A stretch of DNA of 60,606 bases from an uncultured Planctomycetales bacterium (GTDB lineage: Bacteria; Omnitrophota; Gorgyraeia; Zapsychrales; JANLHA01). Numbering within the stretch: position 1 is the stretch's first letter; each line of letters begins with the position of its first letter. The notes below the pieces were generated by a model. It was not told the origin of the DNA and did not search any database. It was given only the letters and a program-made list of their open reading frames with translations. The stretch covers positions 1 to 60,606 of the forward strand of contig CAYJXI010000009.1 of the NCBI GenBank assembly GCA_964374105.1, written 5' to 3'. The position numbers were made by a program, and so were the translations under genes. Below, one piece after another: positions 60,001 through 60,606 of the stretch.

Positions 60001-60606
60001 AGGATCGGTTGATCGGCGGGCATTACGGCTTGGGCGGGAAATTTACCGGCCATGGCCGAGAGACAGTTTATATGTTCAAAAACGCCGATGAGGCGGAAGA
60101 CTTGTTGACCGAAATTGGGCGAGAGGAAACCGAAAGACCGCAGAGAATAGCGCAAGGCGTGCTGCACGAAACCATCGGTTTGGTCAGCAAGGTCGATGAA
60201 TATCTTGATGAAAGAGGCCATGAAGAGAATGTGGCTATCCAGCGGCAATGGAATGAATTATTAGGGAAGGTAGCACCTCAAGAACGAAGACAGGCCGCCT
60301 TAAAATCTAAAGAGGCGAGTGACACGAAAGATTATGCCATTTTAGCTACGCCCAAAGAACTCGTTCCTCAAGTCGCTCCACAACCCGGTATAGAGACCCC
60401 AATTCAGTTGACGCCTGTTTTACCGACTATGCCAACCCTTACCCCCATTCTTCCCTTAGGTCGCAAAACGGAAACTAAGAAGAAAAAGGATGCGGCCATT
60501 TTAACCCAAGCCAGACCTATTTCCATTACAAAATCACAAGATCGATATGTAGCTTATGATTCCAATGAAATCAGCGAGGCCCAAGTTGAGGACATCATGG
60601 CGGTTG
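24075..60606 (+). CDS. giant protein, 5' partial: at least 12,177 codons with no stop in the window
   Basis: In-frame TAG at 24060-62 and TGA at 24066-68, then ATG 24075. I read no in-frame stop to 60605. The ORF track has no + ORF in this frame after 24 kb but has 13 short ones in the other two + frames. Frame checks at 24582, 28722, 40551, 49383, 54330, 58209 and 60543 all agree. TAA, TAG and TGA all terminate neighbouring genes. Confidence 0.9.
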   Translation, partial: MEEKERLDIKEESSNFNLNSINNKDSNLNTFYTFALPEEKPIPFKSHFKSWIRTVALFVVLVFVPEQISWAFNYDSTVIWGFKNDQSATPSAPTEQVVTAKVTESIRDLLIQLAYREKAEIDLILSNPQSAKRENFQPHINFRSKLDVTEGIIKQVNQWLSDPNIHPLNCGVYALRDLLRLSGIQIPLEELSVSTLAVDLLHEIVRPGEEKLKTSLFAIDKVVQAYGLPFQAAKIKPQDITKLKTPFIANYDSEHFVLVGRMDEQNIHFTDIGRHMSLPRDDFVKNFSGFVLAPELDKAGIEYELITDSQKAFVWGNKWVDNSDDLPGLIDAGDVALSVGITVLTIVIAAVSCIFAACAGLVLLPLSIGASALGSTLGQVCQLKWGCNEDQAMLLSIGVAVGLTLGASILWSWGSSTAPTVAQVATDVGQQVGKDAPQQAAQQTSNALQILLTALKDAAIAVKDAIVDTVKQVALAIKDAVVQIYTDIVNFVTNIIEFFRSIGTFLADLFTGQLFTATTTATTTTTSSLSSLGSASVVVLKDVLKLLGGMQETRPIHFSLSELLFAIPKTMAVTATYAAIKVYLGKWLRKQLGDDVIAEVFNSLITSIAADVAIQAEAYFLDRLTLSENMAFSEFMGVGEKRSVREAKKQGDAARAQAKAQKLSLDQQQAAYDAAYTQTLRELDPELIAKDAADAKVVAEAKKLKTDDKKLTTDQAKSIWTAEYKKVLNSTADPFVVDLRAGLANTLGNAFTRTLGAFAGMTARYIAMDLLEEDADPNSLLSQAIGDLFSALTIATYSAMTNHFSYEAPVDVKKEKEGEHKEEYYYERVTVDPNTKQKTTTKIYVNPDDGIIYARSPADKTVPITPENVQFVFQERKGFWETLLVTATPRIANAAMAWGLDEYENKNVKEECDDNGENCQKDELHRAGIRGLFLLSAAAIEGVANVAMYYWNRDTGIDGQKITVENPHDMGLFSVFVDEGIGPLTHFVESLALDFYSFNGTAPWAGGKVGFENTAQFVAFADQLGASTGYTHEALDQMRAARKQIQKRNQENSLAGNGPTTEEDRKLEEEQAEAEYFLAVDNILKSGRISFILNQINSNLASGYVYQDVYKQGGLFPTLTRSFEVLVSNFINDPTILNTFGFVYRPWRGVETDTKIVDLKGIRAPGDIGSRYSIASKTTAFFPGIFEMAGVADRGRDYFIINDNGTAVENPNQIRWTQKDVKDLGIGNGRILTKDGDSIPLMSPYAADIVDENIAKVETGFKFFDRLPSIYDFHANVGRKGIGFFKVSREGGKEGEYQNEWQVSGNVYQKDQQPAFLVGFLADFLLKGKEKGNLTFAQPALSPDEMYLFAQFAYEDGFLVEEGDGQLIISDPGTLDSLIVMDLATGKSEITIDANSDLGFEIRNSKLGSKINAISQTLFQGKTDLHKQDFLMAFFAEHLQKEKDGTLKSEDGQWAFGSINLSPEEIDIIRTAAQAEGYQIDETENKLIVYEDIDDLKEYFIVNKTTGKMELTIPLESQLGLAIRNEAIGEIAKAVTTAQAGSPTQPAQAFHIALLSDFARKEGSNLKKDSNGNIQFEAIEIDREEMDALVQSAIEEGYIVEERDGQVTISDPNTADIMLAWNKTTGGKVLPLIDKGSVLGQAIEEYATNSKGLYRTQFTKAHTDVIEGWDGHDDFVLKVVSERTIGKDIPLTEKDGKLIPAAPPRYFMSQYIGKDALLKDEALQKAFKELRQEALGNEKIGEFITKMAEAVSFGMDVHPAELAQLLKEVGLLTPEEADNVLAAIATISKLRKEQRRADSMATNLTDQKKDNVEKLMAIAKKVKEGTLNPPEEMEFLGQAFGTTSSTLPSIMNDVTTENVTPKELANQLTAMGSTLPPAMQRIFQAIDEMKNKKEIRRQEQAEQAIAQRSEEVAGFLAGFVGLAKDPANLNMDQLEALLGVMTSRDYDLQLVMATLNQKLGIAQALPTTTLASASISSSGLSIDQGWQIAGMGDLGLPQSKDIPHFEKKVIDTAVTHRETKKDFEEGLKFLSGKDVTTSISAYAFTDKNIDELEKDERGGYILDNKALAFVYQGFGQIIKGEKNLSTNFAFGASAEKPIRLDENKNLIDEGSGVMIRSIGKGDKIDFLSLYLGKFAEGINNLEPVSDKTSAVESVLVKAQAAGQAETKAQKATAFHIAMLSDFAKREGNNLQRDSNGNIQFEEFEIGSNEMDALAQSAIDEGYIVEERDGRVTISDPNTVDIMLALDKTTGKMELTIPLDSQLGNAIRKEAVGEVAKAITTAQAGSPAQPAKAFHIALLSDFAKREGNNLKKDSNENVKFEEFELGNEEMDALAQSAIDEGYIVEEKNGQLIISDRTTMDIMVALNKTTGKIELTIPLDSQLGLAIRNEAIGETAKTEPAVKSEPALAKAEVKEKKIKAEEISQALDAFGIISPHVRAVVAAKLAEEEASVPVVAALAKLEAKEKKPVISSRSQPKPPEVPEGRDYVAKIFYTSEEDSQVPGQKNITAGRMYSFFRNKDIKKETHALVMEGTSGLDKDGNLTFSARVNGEYINFPPPGQNGEKGGEGKKEGSVTQREVLAKGVEFLNSPLGWYAFVQDEEKGTFEIHPGKIWIDDFIARLNQGVFVYGDKWGYHPLTENAEIRNTIVKANEGGRIEFFLRGKRGEIKYKGHVYTIDKMEVEGVKGEKAVLLALQNADLQYIEKTLLDSKVDPGQASTITWEIQEARQKNPGAFTSLNDLKAALEASGSCSAAEAVCSASGAVAGQFEQLVSAIEQKVSVEGYLEGAVRFANPIEEIGHIDDLFATKIQSPQWEKLWGDADFTKQPIMTQTFYNQEGAPIGERTIAYKVDLKDDLTIEGLKNGVVYTGNEEAGSKLILNERGLLEAIFTNPITKEDDVRQIKLAQGINAFSLSLDSPTVSILFAAPSLGQTTETAKTPKQEGSGQPPEYYDNVLSLAWTKPVGTTTSYARTDEKGNLLKGEKPMNVYEGDIAGGSVTKDFYARDSNGNVRYENGKPVIATVEGQGDRRLTFYADPFQFGFGSEKYPARMSQSMKTFFIENEQASINYGPGAAVEKDAEGKFKAEHIEEIKNDGRLLHVNTLITKGSPIFGFDKERDPGFYTPLSEFTTYLGNGILTIVDGNISILNGSETMIVMGSGAEFESAAYERFNLHSGFEPQVLAMAEKEEDPIKLTQTRVGYHMDGKQKYSTIIKSEYDEEITKRDAELVIAATGGLIEEKSDNYTKPNIGEKDKDRADVEVKLSIKSDGDTPQDIAKILADVGGKVTPYWDKNGDIASSFIKVEFGSAVDERNMFTVKMNINQVARIMDLIEKNPETAKDPRKLKAAFESVGIPVAETKANKEELERLGNKLASSKGDSKRGEQAIEESQKGIQARQPNTPPVGESAVITFLKKLGFIYTATDFRQLGSRDQSSKKAEDTQAPETAPPSTTSQNSQLTLAAVLRAAVEYFGQRVQEQEFARGVGERMVLEDPPVQEIFNLGRERSPLQQLEDLASPRRHLGLFDSAQAHGRITLEFLSDEELAKNEAGLRPNTGLGLWDSGPMIERGQDLFGRQNRSGFINSFLVLESQDEGELVPVALTGDQAIIGAREAAKQGGLNGFFVGQRPDGTLALRVIGQPAGILPEKESAEGSDLARAFAVPESTFLQIDLNALLKDEGQLKLAGTSSSPTFSREGNILGVEKIGEPPPPEPTAVQLAMKDAPEPSLVFALGQFNPVTEQMEFTGRVSHAPGGPNSYYGLAADNQSLVTSVPTQLSFQDEKFTLDLVGGLYRTDGEGAENRFVGIKIDEQGRKIAINNQFMIVDTGKNDDLGITYDPSYKGLVELAANRAMFDTRQSLTAEEMANVLKTEAKKGKALPVESFHEFFKRLVQSQAYHIWNELKKNPEAKRRMDTNQWGVIWEEIRSNEMYGRGLYGIDIEKSKELADPLAGPKDKGGYDLQGNQELLDLVNKAAMHIVEREALAQKHYRDGSTIRGGYKNEYGAPKPEFDPSYYPLGRDESVAMGTSLPDEKRSYIDKSLKLENAQELATHFGEEKAKERMLAHPELANLSPAEKEELKKLSAAQIALKFPKIWEGEGVPQMVLVDEQGLPIRASMKDGVVERDHYGNIRQDQDGAVVLVTKTIKESGEVGYTTNDGKAVDLKMVKELMFYHPEVVLNGARTIEVYQDMAFRGKMILPDDDHDGVAYWGPLSMTFASKKDDPGLADAEVLPTRFILVDQKGAPIRKDGRYVDLVKTAKPSEEVIFKDQEGDEINPSFVKELPSRIFSQLLYGRPVGSEEEDQWNYKATIGKQIGINLETGRWYISLVDGQIALPADYQTHNKILNINSDHPVFLASAIGIFRKEPKAGPIPADYLSKQEEEKEKEKTKKEKITEVSQTTRIEDVYSDGSVLARLGKDKAIKEGISSLILESAGWGKYASTLGDSWTTIVAQPGVSQKSRRYLIEEAGGGDGQEYEFKTTNNSFIIMPTLPVLVRFINRLRQGEVPGYDVETETGRTGVAFKEAFEKGTPVSGFKDKRNRSGIVLKATTKNGVEYRLVDPDILLGAGEKWIPSFRYKSGVRRMVYTKASVWEERPVDQSLTKDSQEVWNSDDVIIEVVGKDRTSEFKWIDDDDVRVRVVTATGLPGTMLVDYFESTADDLKGSVDDKTVSLVEERMDENGNIKMVVIGRKIRDVDDIQLVPGVVELYGGKDQNGKDLVKIARGVDLAQVIEGAAGTVEQWKNPENISQFWKFWEADGFGGGDIVVRVPRLNPYKLDGSYVKKRNEKGEETDDIFYDYYRIDFSHVRNKIDGEGAKIVSLENFHEGRGPIASESTYSGFFDSFDGDRNEDNVVVSRFKEGELLMRLIDYETTHGLGHLVTDEIKDPETGRVLVARGVLNKDFGLKDAVLMGEKLDLTSTIIGSVDAVLAPVTVVLAVTGVGNAINVGINAGKTLLVEGGKVALRQAVMAGVRAGASSLFAFARSTYLSNQALAIFAATETFNYMQTGEIDPAMTVRNFLLTGALSGASRLSSFLPKTAGTQVAGKTLNVFGAKIPVPSLGSLAFNKAVSIGLPNAVSVASGNGFLSPETNLALVIVSFAGGIGGNFASAARAVGPGLTRVGYMTLSEALLFGQVSAVTGTTLRAFQRQDSAMDTFSDFGKGFALGAVAGGAMGIGGGIVSESAIYSKMKAYFDKHTTQGLLASLTARGLGGGVGLPILDATLKTFEASPVPNKEKSFPEQMKDSFSTENIITGIFLGLASRGLSAQRLQKASTATKLAYGAGAGAAANVLHGFIREYKDAKQKQKDIDYSGEQIFLDAISGAALGMLTVSYLASPKNFIGKGKTAEHSLKNFYENPEALFMSSAQGAAKWVWVSPAFELGGAIFKGQAVRVSKAVFGEESMYAGEDVPWLAVDKVDPETGEVVKGKLDSLMENELGISDLSRLMEGAIQGPQSGLWMAPLFGVIQAQGLNEGAAKTFSQRVLASLQMPRWLEKVAESRFGKTVLVKLETVKPKSEAAKPAEAGKPAEAGKPAEAGSGSSGEVAKAGTEGKAPTGPGPNDITVGRVLANTYRDVFYMPTVITLIHEGMQFANEVSDKIVGRKAKKNKEGSDQSKEEEESDGSLFTLSQSSYLGWLGFLSLPSYHRGGVGAEDGDVTRIPPRPPTFGKEGEGETGASPMETKANRVESLVDRALGQTENYRNQYNQATAEAEALETRANDLEIKLKSLLAKRNAQDQGQPPAEVAGEETDVLARLERHKPDDNGSSVPRQARGEEELASLPGSNNGNGAGLEKEGVFLDPNLDGGLANRVPTLPIEGTQGSGSGNKLQQEIDGLRQQAAAKRKEADATLQSVEHHATRAKNLAEQELGLRETIALGTGDGMKSATQGLPEAKKESQAGSDSSGSEAELASSKGSSKVGPAREGQVDKAVVSRPKEEGVSSPKAQEKLTAESGETAKTRDISSEPAKPRDGPAVQGTPQRTTPKTAREIELEKIIQEADIFLAQANEALASSPYTRSRKELKPLTQKAQKGVKRVEEMISDIDSQLSSLEGQLTEAQARRDKSQRELDREQKDLELAEKLLSEAERDIEAEPGVSKARERVTKAETKADYAADNLEKAKAQKQKSEAELAALKTEDPKRSPKKARAPNESEVGAKVLEARKKTENVEDTKEKLERDEDKGHDARIELAKERAMAGERLGLDAAKEIVAEQTALRDLAQQIREDDHTKVKGLEAQIDALKAKKPHLEKALGIAQAKVEKRRSIVTKEARLRRAKEAGDRAEATASRIVSELTVREGSELKIKDGLSAEELDLLKISLGRLKERAQTAETIAKDISETQRSLEATEREAADLSAELENLGTPTTAAAQRRIAEISKRLAEISSTRSELKAKREGFLEKAKQVDLETVDLDSLIKLAVAERSEGQREIERTDREIEDSRQEETRAQQLVDQAQADLDQATTALAAKQRIASQSDLRGKPAPQELAKRKGQGFDTGYESPRAKRKARDASGKTEEQELASKVLKSGKAERNAEKSEAKKKRTQEKFDIEAAQEEAAARRADLETAKLLLAKARVRTAQKEKSLRLAEAKGEKLDEEILSFGTERDSKSTQKAGYQGQAAEARKVPTKEHLTRLAQEAEQRADELLVKEFRDGKTKATQEAYEEVAAAASRLSDRYAKSEVELSGQRRSLAQDIEASEHTLNRLSSELFRLERDKKQSEQKVAELRELLASAKQSGKELESSPLAKKLRQARGAQQKASDRYQETQEDPTKNKAVHQKLRTQQRAEEKSRRLQEKFDREKDETQDLEQLIREEIQTESRKIEELAKVITRLEKRVDSDSRLAVELKVQREGLDQVESDLKLASKEAYQKVSELARQKATEVSDGKTPIETTPTLTRPPESPLELLAKKYRAESGESAPEQVKPGSKKEAAGERVARSTKAIQDSARQEIEQLLPQVESRVKDTREILARKSSQVSKEQYERLEGDLGQRIVKEAERTISELVELNEFGGIKSIKVEDGDLQGALRVIKAYKILEEKASDKGMIKANIQRAENRAKELKEKITSAEAQKADRGKGLEQAKEQRINAQEQLRAEQEEYARLNDIDNDPGVKKAKAKFEKQDVASERAESNYERLRTNYQTAQKKYEEALAQQEKAPSADHADKAYRAKRNMEEAFGKMEKAEAAAKKLEVPYQQANLDYQKAKDIARAKAAEQKQYVQLAKQELAQTEKTITRRQRHVEKLGKIKEGYAERLLGEQEQIALNESTPTKQKYQWLSRQAKEKAVEIAEGVVKALAEVEVVDGVTTIKNIRPTNREGFKRLARAADFLTRHAKSEELIQQEIQFRKRVVSAKEKDQADFKEESNQGQPANSSSYRRLAQAALDLARGKTTPEREALKEARTRREDLLAQENEGVGEIDRQLSDHKVELNEARTRKEGLKGEVEKAQREIAVAESLNQDAQRQLELALRNVVLDEGLRRAMGNAANQRAASQKAGENYEFAKKNDREAKKKYEEAIKERDEAIQNDSPNSHQKSLEADNAKRNMEEASGNLKRVEASAERVAESYQAGELELAKARDTAERKFKIADLRQEKKTAESMLEKATKNYEAKASEFNEVNSEIISLEKSIGDLAFRRGLKKIEIANVEKDISTLRKIPTKEEYSSKAKDAARTADERLIQEAWQGRERSSAQEYDEVAKVADKLYREAPTQETLDQQWQSARQDYEVERHSLRKVRGEIEKTQSQLEEAIRKREQLESDVEYAKGEVKGVESTKQGKGLARAEVNLRNQQKALAKALSKGTPGETQGQAVSSKERAVRRATEKVKSKKPALEKETTEREEFLELARVELKEARAKEKELRQNLSRMQATEKQIESDLSRANERVKAIESTLSRAELALISKEAKQKAREMEQGRVSSPQEKKEGEPILQKVFRTELELQEGFEVAKPSQAEPGTRRHEAQVRSAKVKGAMQKGAKEALRQLVPEVERGVQESKDSLAKKEKEISKEGYTGIKRTTLKEMSRSARRELSEESGSQSRIESDISQRGEVVLGERAKRAEARRKEMNILGKELGQVSRQVAEVDTRLATLRSQLKSGVAEGRTLDSSEKIHMRDTLIPRLEKQRSRLAEKFDTAKKSLDRLNVQLRAQEVADQILAKALATLPKPRVDKTPIKPQAPPKEFTFSDVLDRVIAKKDDRVLDDFLGRSLGSERQDILEELWSRARLETATEGSIISEALKKLGLDYKLNGLEPFYKQAISEDSAAGRLAAKRELYLRSQSATSRTERLAAHWALSDIDHILAERARSQSDELAASTRDKAVKTQTPPRSRQKSSRPSTGTSSPDGTKPSIVRKVIDKYKAIKQEREEVKRAKRVATLAKELFDNDGKETPAFRDETSVEIKSAAFEMYRTLQDTKTDIENFARAQGEKPFDLKTEDVDWLEVYEMARNAYGQFKKGEKPFIVISKETGGGKTVLIQALALMLARDPFMRDRSVVIVVPESVKTEILTDSTKSMLKGRIRDVKNKNESLSIERGLNIATHAEAQRLRHENKIDKSMIELSDETDRQNRIPVLVVSSGRDSEQIMDRARAGDRKAKEIVRNSEVDRSQTELLALISEKLVEQEGDIHKVVAFDGSRRKNPWDFRKDKDDSGSSARGRVERLYREIVDSWEGKELGKETAQLLGEWQKDASFNERFNTAFEGFRNAGGEVLEFSGKTMEKKLGALARYLYNRATPDYKFDPEGDMLFYMLADSGHSQKGTIPGDSEYARMLVIAVTWDKLGVGKRGETLKNYLTARRTKTMNPVSDVDVHSAFGLVIGFSGTAESMELAGRAQGARFLKPKTERNNVDFMELRLDDRPVDVRDPVKSIAEGIKEHLFREDLRDPSRGEDGREYNNARLTIATTDHREAFDRLVVEAEANGGRLKLDGKEKRVAIVTEYKDSGEIDAKQLEEAKDAVKRLQEDKDEELIVLFLGLSGGSNIAALADRLVETAGSVAKARESVSKANVLVFSARATADMGQAGGRVNIAGDRESQRMNAHKVEGIIFINADGKVETPQRSRALDAVASGDKNQIRLVALEILDSIQNRNLISKVYTVAKTSPELTKETVRDVVHDFMKKSTDRRVMDIMDRSGRFELSVALDSGKGYETYKAKKYDENGKVKEVEAVSITATTGPIFFGGGVRLQPGQTYNYQDGFIYATVESEKGKLPLSAVAANLQDKKPAMQPVAVFRTYYDEKKQGFVNGIFDIQLDTEGKKYFARPNEKVEFVQEDGKKVSVAVDNVQYLDQEKKNENYLKVTQGSKELGIRAGDQILSLNNRIVVTRQQGPQRLIKKILAKDSSGSFKLSNLKVSNLEVSGPKTENPDGTVGITEETFRALKHQEKIVSQMLAATSELPQLHNSGKIKASVEEMLSQAQSLLGYREGWQVTRKGDWQIEGGRIVEHPYLEIAHQDDIQGERTQLGKLQKVAEKKYGTKFIFDPFMEHHGTAGEADKEKRELLLGTHAFVTLATPIKTMQGSGVAWHEVSHMTDNYREAQGTPNIGGAARIRVVNRGKRLPFYKEDDIGGYHDDFAIGEIKTHEITGAARLIDMRDAVRLGDEKGADSFAYGALDYLERGAKIAFNTQFATEFALRSVARQDRTSGEWVLDRDKSHNIEIQGNKAVIKVLDDDVEEFIEIDQPLPQNLSNDSDKKEWIVKQLDLTAKMAKTRGSAMKLKAALAKSHRDDSLISDAIKNSRRELKDILGEAVKEDGRFTAIEPSRSEAELVLSEVLSTARPVEEKNQVTYISPITGRGIVVDSDSRKIVKFISQEPALTKFLDFVVDEKDKSEAIERVQATDRSPEGRAFKSAYQKAQLLEEPEILDRVQLFALSDNDLQREVTFFVDQYKSKVTDVGSQALQQELSADRRFVSHSRKLKSHPEIYIAKADKVASRISDFLESVGGHDLVVADTSEKMSWVVLFEALTLKNPTMSDDRKIAQLRDWYQELESSEGIDIDEDIDIEEPSYASVDRAMLSLGRSKRIEMPKTSALPRIRSQKSQSSQTDERSRLYDIAEGINRGSREDLASESSFSTPQVKAMSKIVERLTKTIPGFKPELGQTALGYATLESAERAAEGKGDILLWVSPQGRGKTTIGVPSAMEAAKRENIPIVYSASDEANAAKIVIEAERLLGPGAVDRVQYERGRPVLQELKKGRVVVMTIREQQEFQSRGKLSNVFGLLDEAHRTTSAAPLVEGPARGIGRDMLSSERGRIEVKRLKFKEQLEHNIALMDTVREVAGEIGGKDPWIIVKNQEDQSGNPIGEAFESRDVAVDIYGNVLKDNNGNAIRPKQIILERFAQRPESKAYEFTETEMNALLNSGVRMLMSEMNAPRVAYKEGRDGKIEDYAPIDIDTGEAKWGQIFGDPTGGLNPDGRMAIASQGKKASLDLYIDNVLSKTTKETTGIDVIKGMSGSILATGTSDLAMDMIAKRKVQTNPQIKLGEMAAKLILDDGNSPNSRAIAAVDRTLAHINSREGRDTNLVIIDSSIPTDREYHRKQLEGLKGYTFVEKTGEELANFVKDFNEGKVKGKVILSTQVYDGISFEGPGKIHMILANATSENNRNQAFTRGGSTPELAKRRTPMTAEQIMNMNDPQFDHKTRTRLALRKLELKQAEKEAGVNPQTGEIVSFDPAKIERVKTARVNLQAELEGVAHQLASRAQTPSLRQVSRLSQKAEGERYSEQEIMQRIEEYETAQLTSRAKWAMESTGQKRVDISFENNKGYETFVLDATQKSGVRPISISATASLPLNYGLVLQSGQTLDLDQHLIYEDDKDGNRSQEPTAIVQYTPVVENNVPRMETKVLPLTNGRYFTKDIQQGFKSDLALEKVTYEIGTKKQDKPKLTHYLVRATPQIRQEFGFTEAQDQEGLVKVPKEHFERAIALNENKNLRNQKFSEILGKIQGSVIADLMSAERYQKASQRETEIRKAVELALSEVSEVDKLTLSEMGSSEKEFLKRALDSKDDKAEVVMFDVNKDELRQEIAKTLDSLVETKQISKKERVQFEHQMKDRLIGGHYGLGGKFTGHGRETVYMFKNADEAEDLLTEIGREETERPQRIAQGVLHETIGLVSKVDEYLDERGHEENVAIQRQWNELLGKVAPQERRQAALKSKEASDTKDYAILATPKELVPQVAPQPGIETPIQLTPVLPTMPTLTPILPLGRKTETKKKKETELAVSSKPVRRDTAILTQVRPGMFDRFRSRLTQMGGITAVGLLGFFSPTPKLEAQSQESVEFYQASDEQHKSDFGFPQAKQELSLNLDQMLDSLRADRGGIVPAEINAPNLMKIAGSLPKSRPTFEDFTKAVSRELKTRYDRYNKGQMSAAEVEELAKMEGEVLRWTYKFWDHNVAYDTEGVRTGAWKIGDLHHAVVGNPNLPGRPRTGVCDSCSDLTTMTLNELGFGHKKDSVSKVGVKVNFAGRDQDAGGGHTAVLWKGVKANGIIDLTQGVKGDLNTDVKHKVLWVNTQNGKRFIDLSREDLADVTGETFGNLLEFKKTWVAANKLIENHNATIALVNSGRTPLDLIMPSLEDIAYKTGVLKGSPATAHRPELRKNLEQLSIGVAQSMATARYNDGVKTHERLVNKLNEANQLANDGKFNEAIKLYDSVKKDAQDHAARLEKSPLVNIKKADMDGRRIISEIHKAAEVAEQNRQAAEHNKTIGARGVKTAAVSGSVQGAIEAMNRFNERLNLANREFKKGNYEEARRQYDSIKKEISKTVESFNASALAKLTESESNLQDEQGRAVSGKQLIGNIDQLRKVAESNLKATEQNIHTGQYNNLVKQFNDYANARNLNEVLRNIGNVSREADRFAKEPAVETKMRDAFKELKKQADKVIQQKTESGALMPSAKAEVQLAMAPIKELAPAKDSVGLTAISLAQTPSSLVLARAKGMTSLPEERYAEFDKINDTLLMKQISLESLKMKLSNIPAAERTEQERIQKQIASVETEIRILEELNQKISETLDTLVETKQISKKERVQFEHQMKDRLIGGHYGLGGKFTGHGRETVYMFKNADEAEDLLTEIGREETERPQRIAQGVLHETIGLVSKVDEYLDERGHEENVAIQRQWNELLGKVAPQERRQAALKSKEASDTKDYAILATPKELVPQVAPQPGIETPIQLTPVLPTMPTLTPILPLGRKTETKKKKDAAILTQARPISITKSQDRYVAYDSNEISEAQVEDIMAV
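24555..24965 (+). other. C39-like papain-fold cysteine peptidase domain of the giant protein
   Basis: NCGVYALRDLLRLSGIQIPLEEL (Cys codon 24582-84)...AYGLPFQAAKIKPQDITKLKTPFIANYDSEHFVLVG (His codon 24837-39)...IHFTDIG...RDDFVKNFSGFVLAP. Order and spacing match the C39 bacteriocin-processing peptidase pattern. Confidence 0.6.
25070..25320 (+). other. membrane-spanning cluster 1 of the giant protein
   Basis: GDVALSVGITVLTIVIAAVSCIFAACAGLVLLPLSIGASALG and AMLLSIGVAVGLTLGASILWSW. There is also an earlier TM helix, WIRTVALFVVLVFVP, at ~24225-24290. Confidence 0.6.
28026..29030 (+). repeat. three tandem copies of a ~112-120-aa module in the giant protein
   Basis: Units start at ~28026, 28362 and 28722. 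Shared pattern F..A.LSDFA.KEG.NL......F......EEMD....A..EGY.VEE.DG...ISDP...D.......TTGK.ELTIPL.SQLG.AIRNEAIGE.AKA.TTAQAGSP. Confidence 0.7.
30594..31260 (+). repeat. two further tandem copies of the same module
   Basis: Units start at 30594 and 30951 (357 nt apart). High nucleotide and protein identity to the unit at 28722 (FHIA(L/M)LSDFAKREGNNL...EMDALAQSAIDEGYIVEE). Confidence 0.75.
38795..40200 (+). other. membrane-spanning cluster 2 of the giant protein (Gly/Ala-rich polytopic region)
   Basis: Roughly 8-10 hydrophobic Gly/Ala-rich segments, e.g. VLAPVTVVLAVTGVGNAINVG, ALVIVSFAGGIGGNFA, FALGAVAGGAMGIGGGIV, IITGIFLGLASRGL, ISGAALGMLTVSYLA. Confidence 0.55.
40593..40649 (+). repeat. (KPAEAG)x3 microrepeat linker
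   Basis: AKPAEAGKPAEAGKPAEAG, encoded with different synonymous codons in each unit. Confidence 0.8.
41075..48480 (+). other. very long coiled-coil/charged helical region of the giant protein
   Basis: Almost continuous E/K/R/A/Q/L-rich heptad-like sequence, interrupted by an S/G/P-rich stretch at ~41230-42000. Contains diverged ~364-370-aa super-repeats. Confidence 0.65.
49340..51080 (+). other. SecA-DEAD-like P-loop ATPase module 1
   Basis: KETGGGKT (GGGKT at 49383-49397), then SVVIVVPESV, LSDETDRQNRIPVLVVSSG, VIGFSGTAESMEL (50430-50441) and MGQAGGRVNIAGD. The order parallels SecA motifs TGEGKT / VVTVNDYLA / DEVDSILIDEARTPLIISG / GMTGTA / RGRAGRQGDPG. Confidence 0.6.
52530..52544 (+). other. 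HExxH motif (HEVSH)
   Basis: GVAWHEVSHMTDNY. Motif-level evidence only. Confidence 0.25.
54290..55800 (+). other. SecA-DEAD-like / DEAH P-loop ATPase module 2
   Basis: SPQGRGKTT (54330-54353), IPIVYSASDEANA, LLDEAHRTTSAAPLVEG (DEAH at 54615-54626), ILATGTSDLAMDM and QAFTRGG. Confidence 0.6.
57021..57574 (+). repeat. copy 1 of a 554-bp near-identical in-frame direct repeat
   Basis: Identical by eye to 59937-60490 except G57025 versus C59941. The offset is 2916 nt (972 codons). Confidence 0.85.
58190..58400 (+). other. transglutaminase-like (papain-fold) Cys-His-Asp core
   Basis: GRPRTGVCDSCSDLTTMTLNELGF (Cys 58209-11)...AGGGHTAVLWKG (His 58338-40)...NGIIDLTQG (Asp 58383-85). Spacing fits transglutaminase-core cysteine peptidases. 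Confidence 0.4.
59937..60490 (+). repeat. copy 2 of the 554-bp direct repeat
   Basis: See copy 1. After the repeat the protein stays homologous (DTAILTQVRP versus DAAILTQARP) following an ~11-aa indel. Confidence 0.85.

Noticed and set aside
24896-60248. Dozens of minus-strand ORFs of 60-208 aa (e.g. 30287-30913, 45243-45782, 27429-28013) and 13 short + ORFs in the other two frames.
   Set aside because: All lie inside the giant ORF. Their sequences are low-complexity Ser/Leu/Phe-rich mirrors of the Glu/Lys/Ala-rich sense frame, and several merely copy the sense-strand repeats. They are shadow ORFs, not genes.
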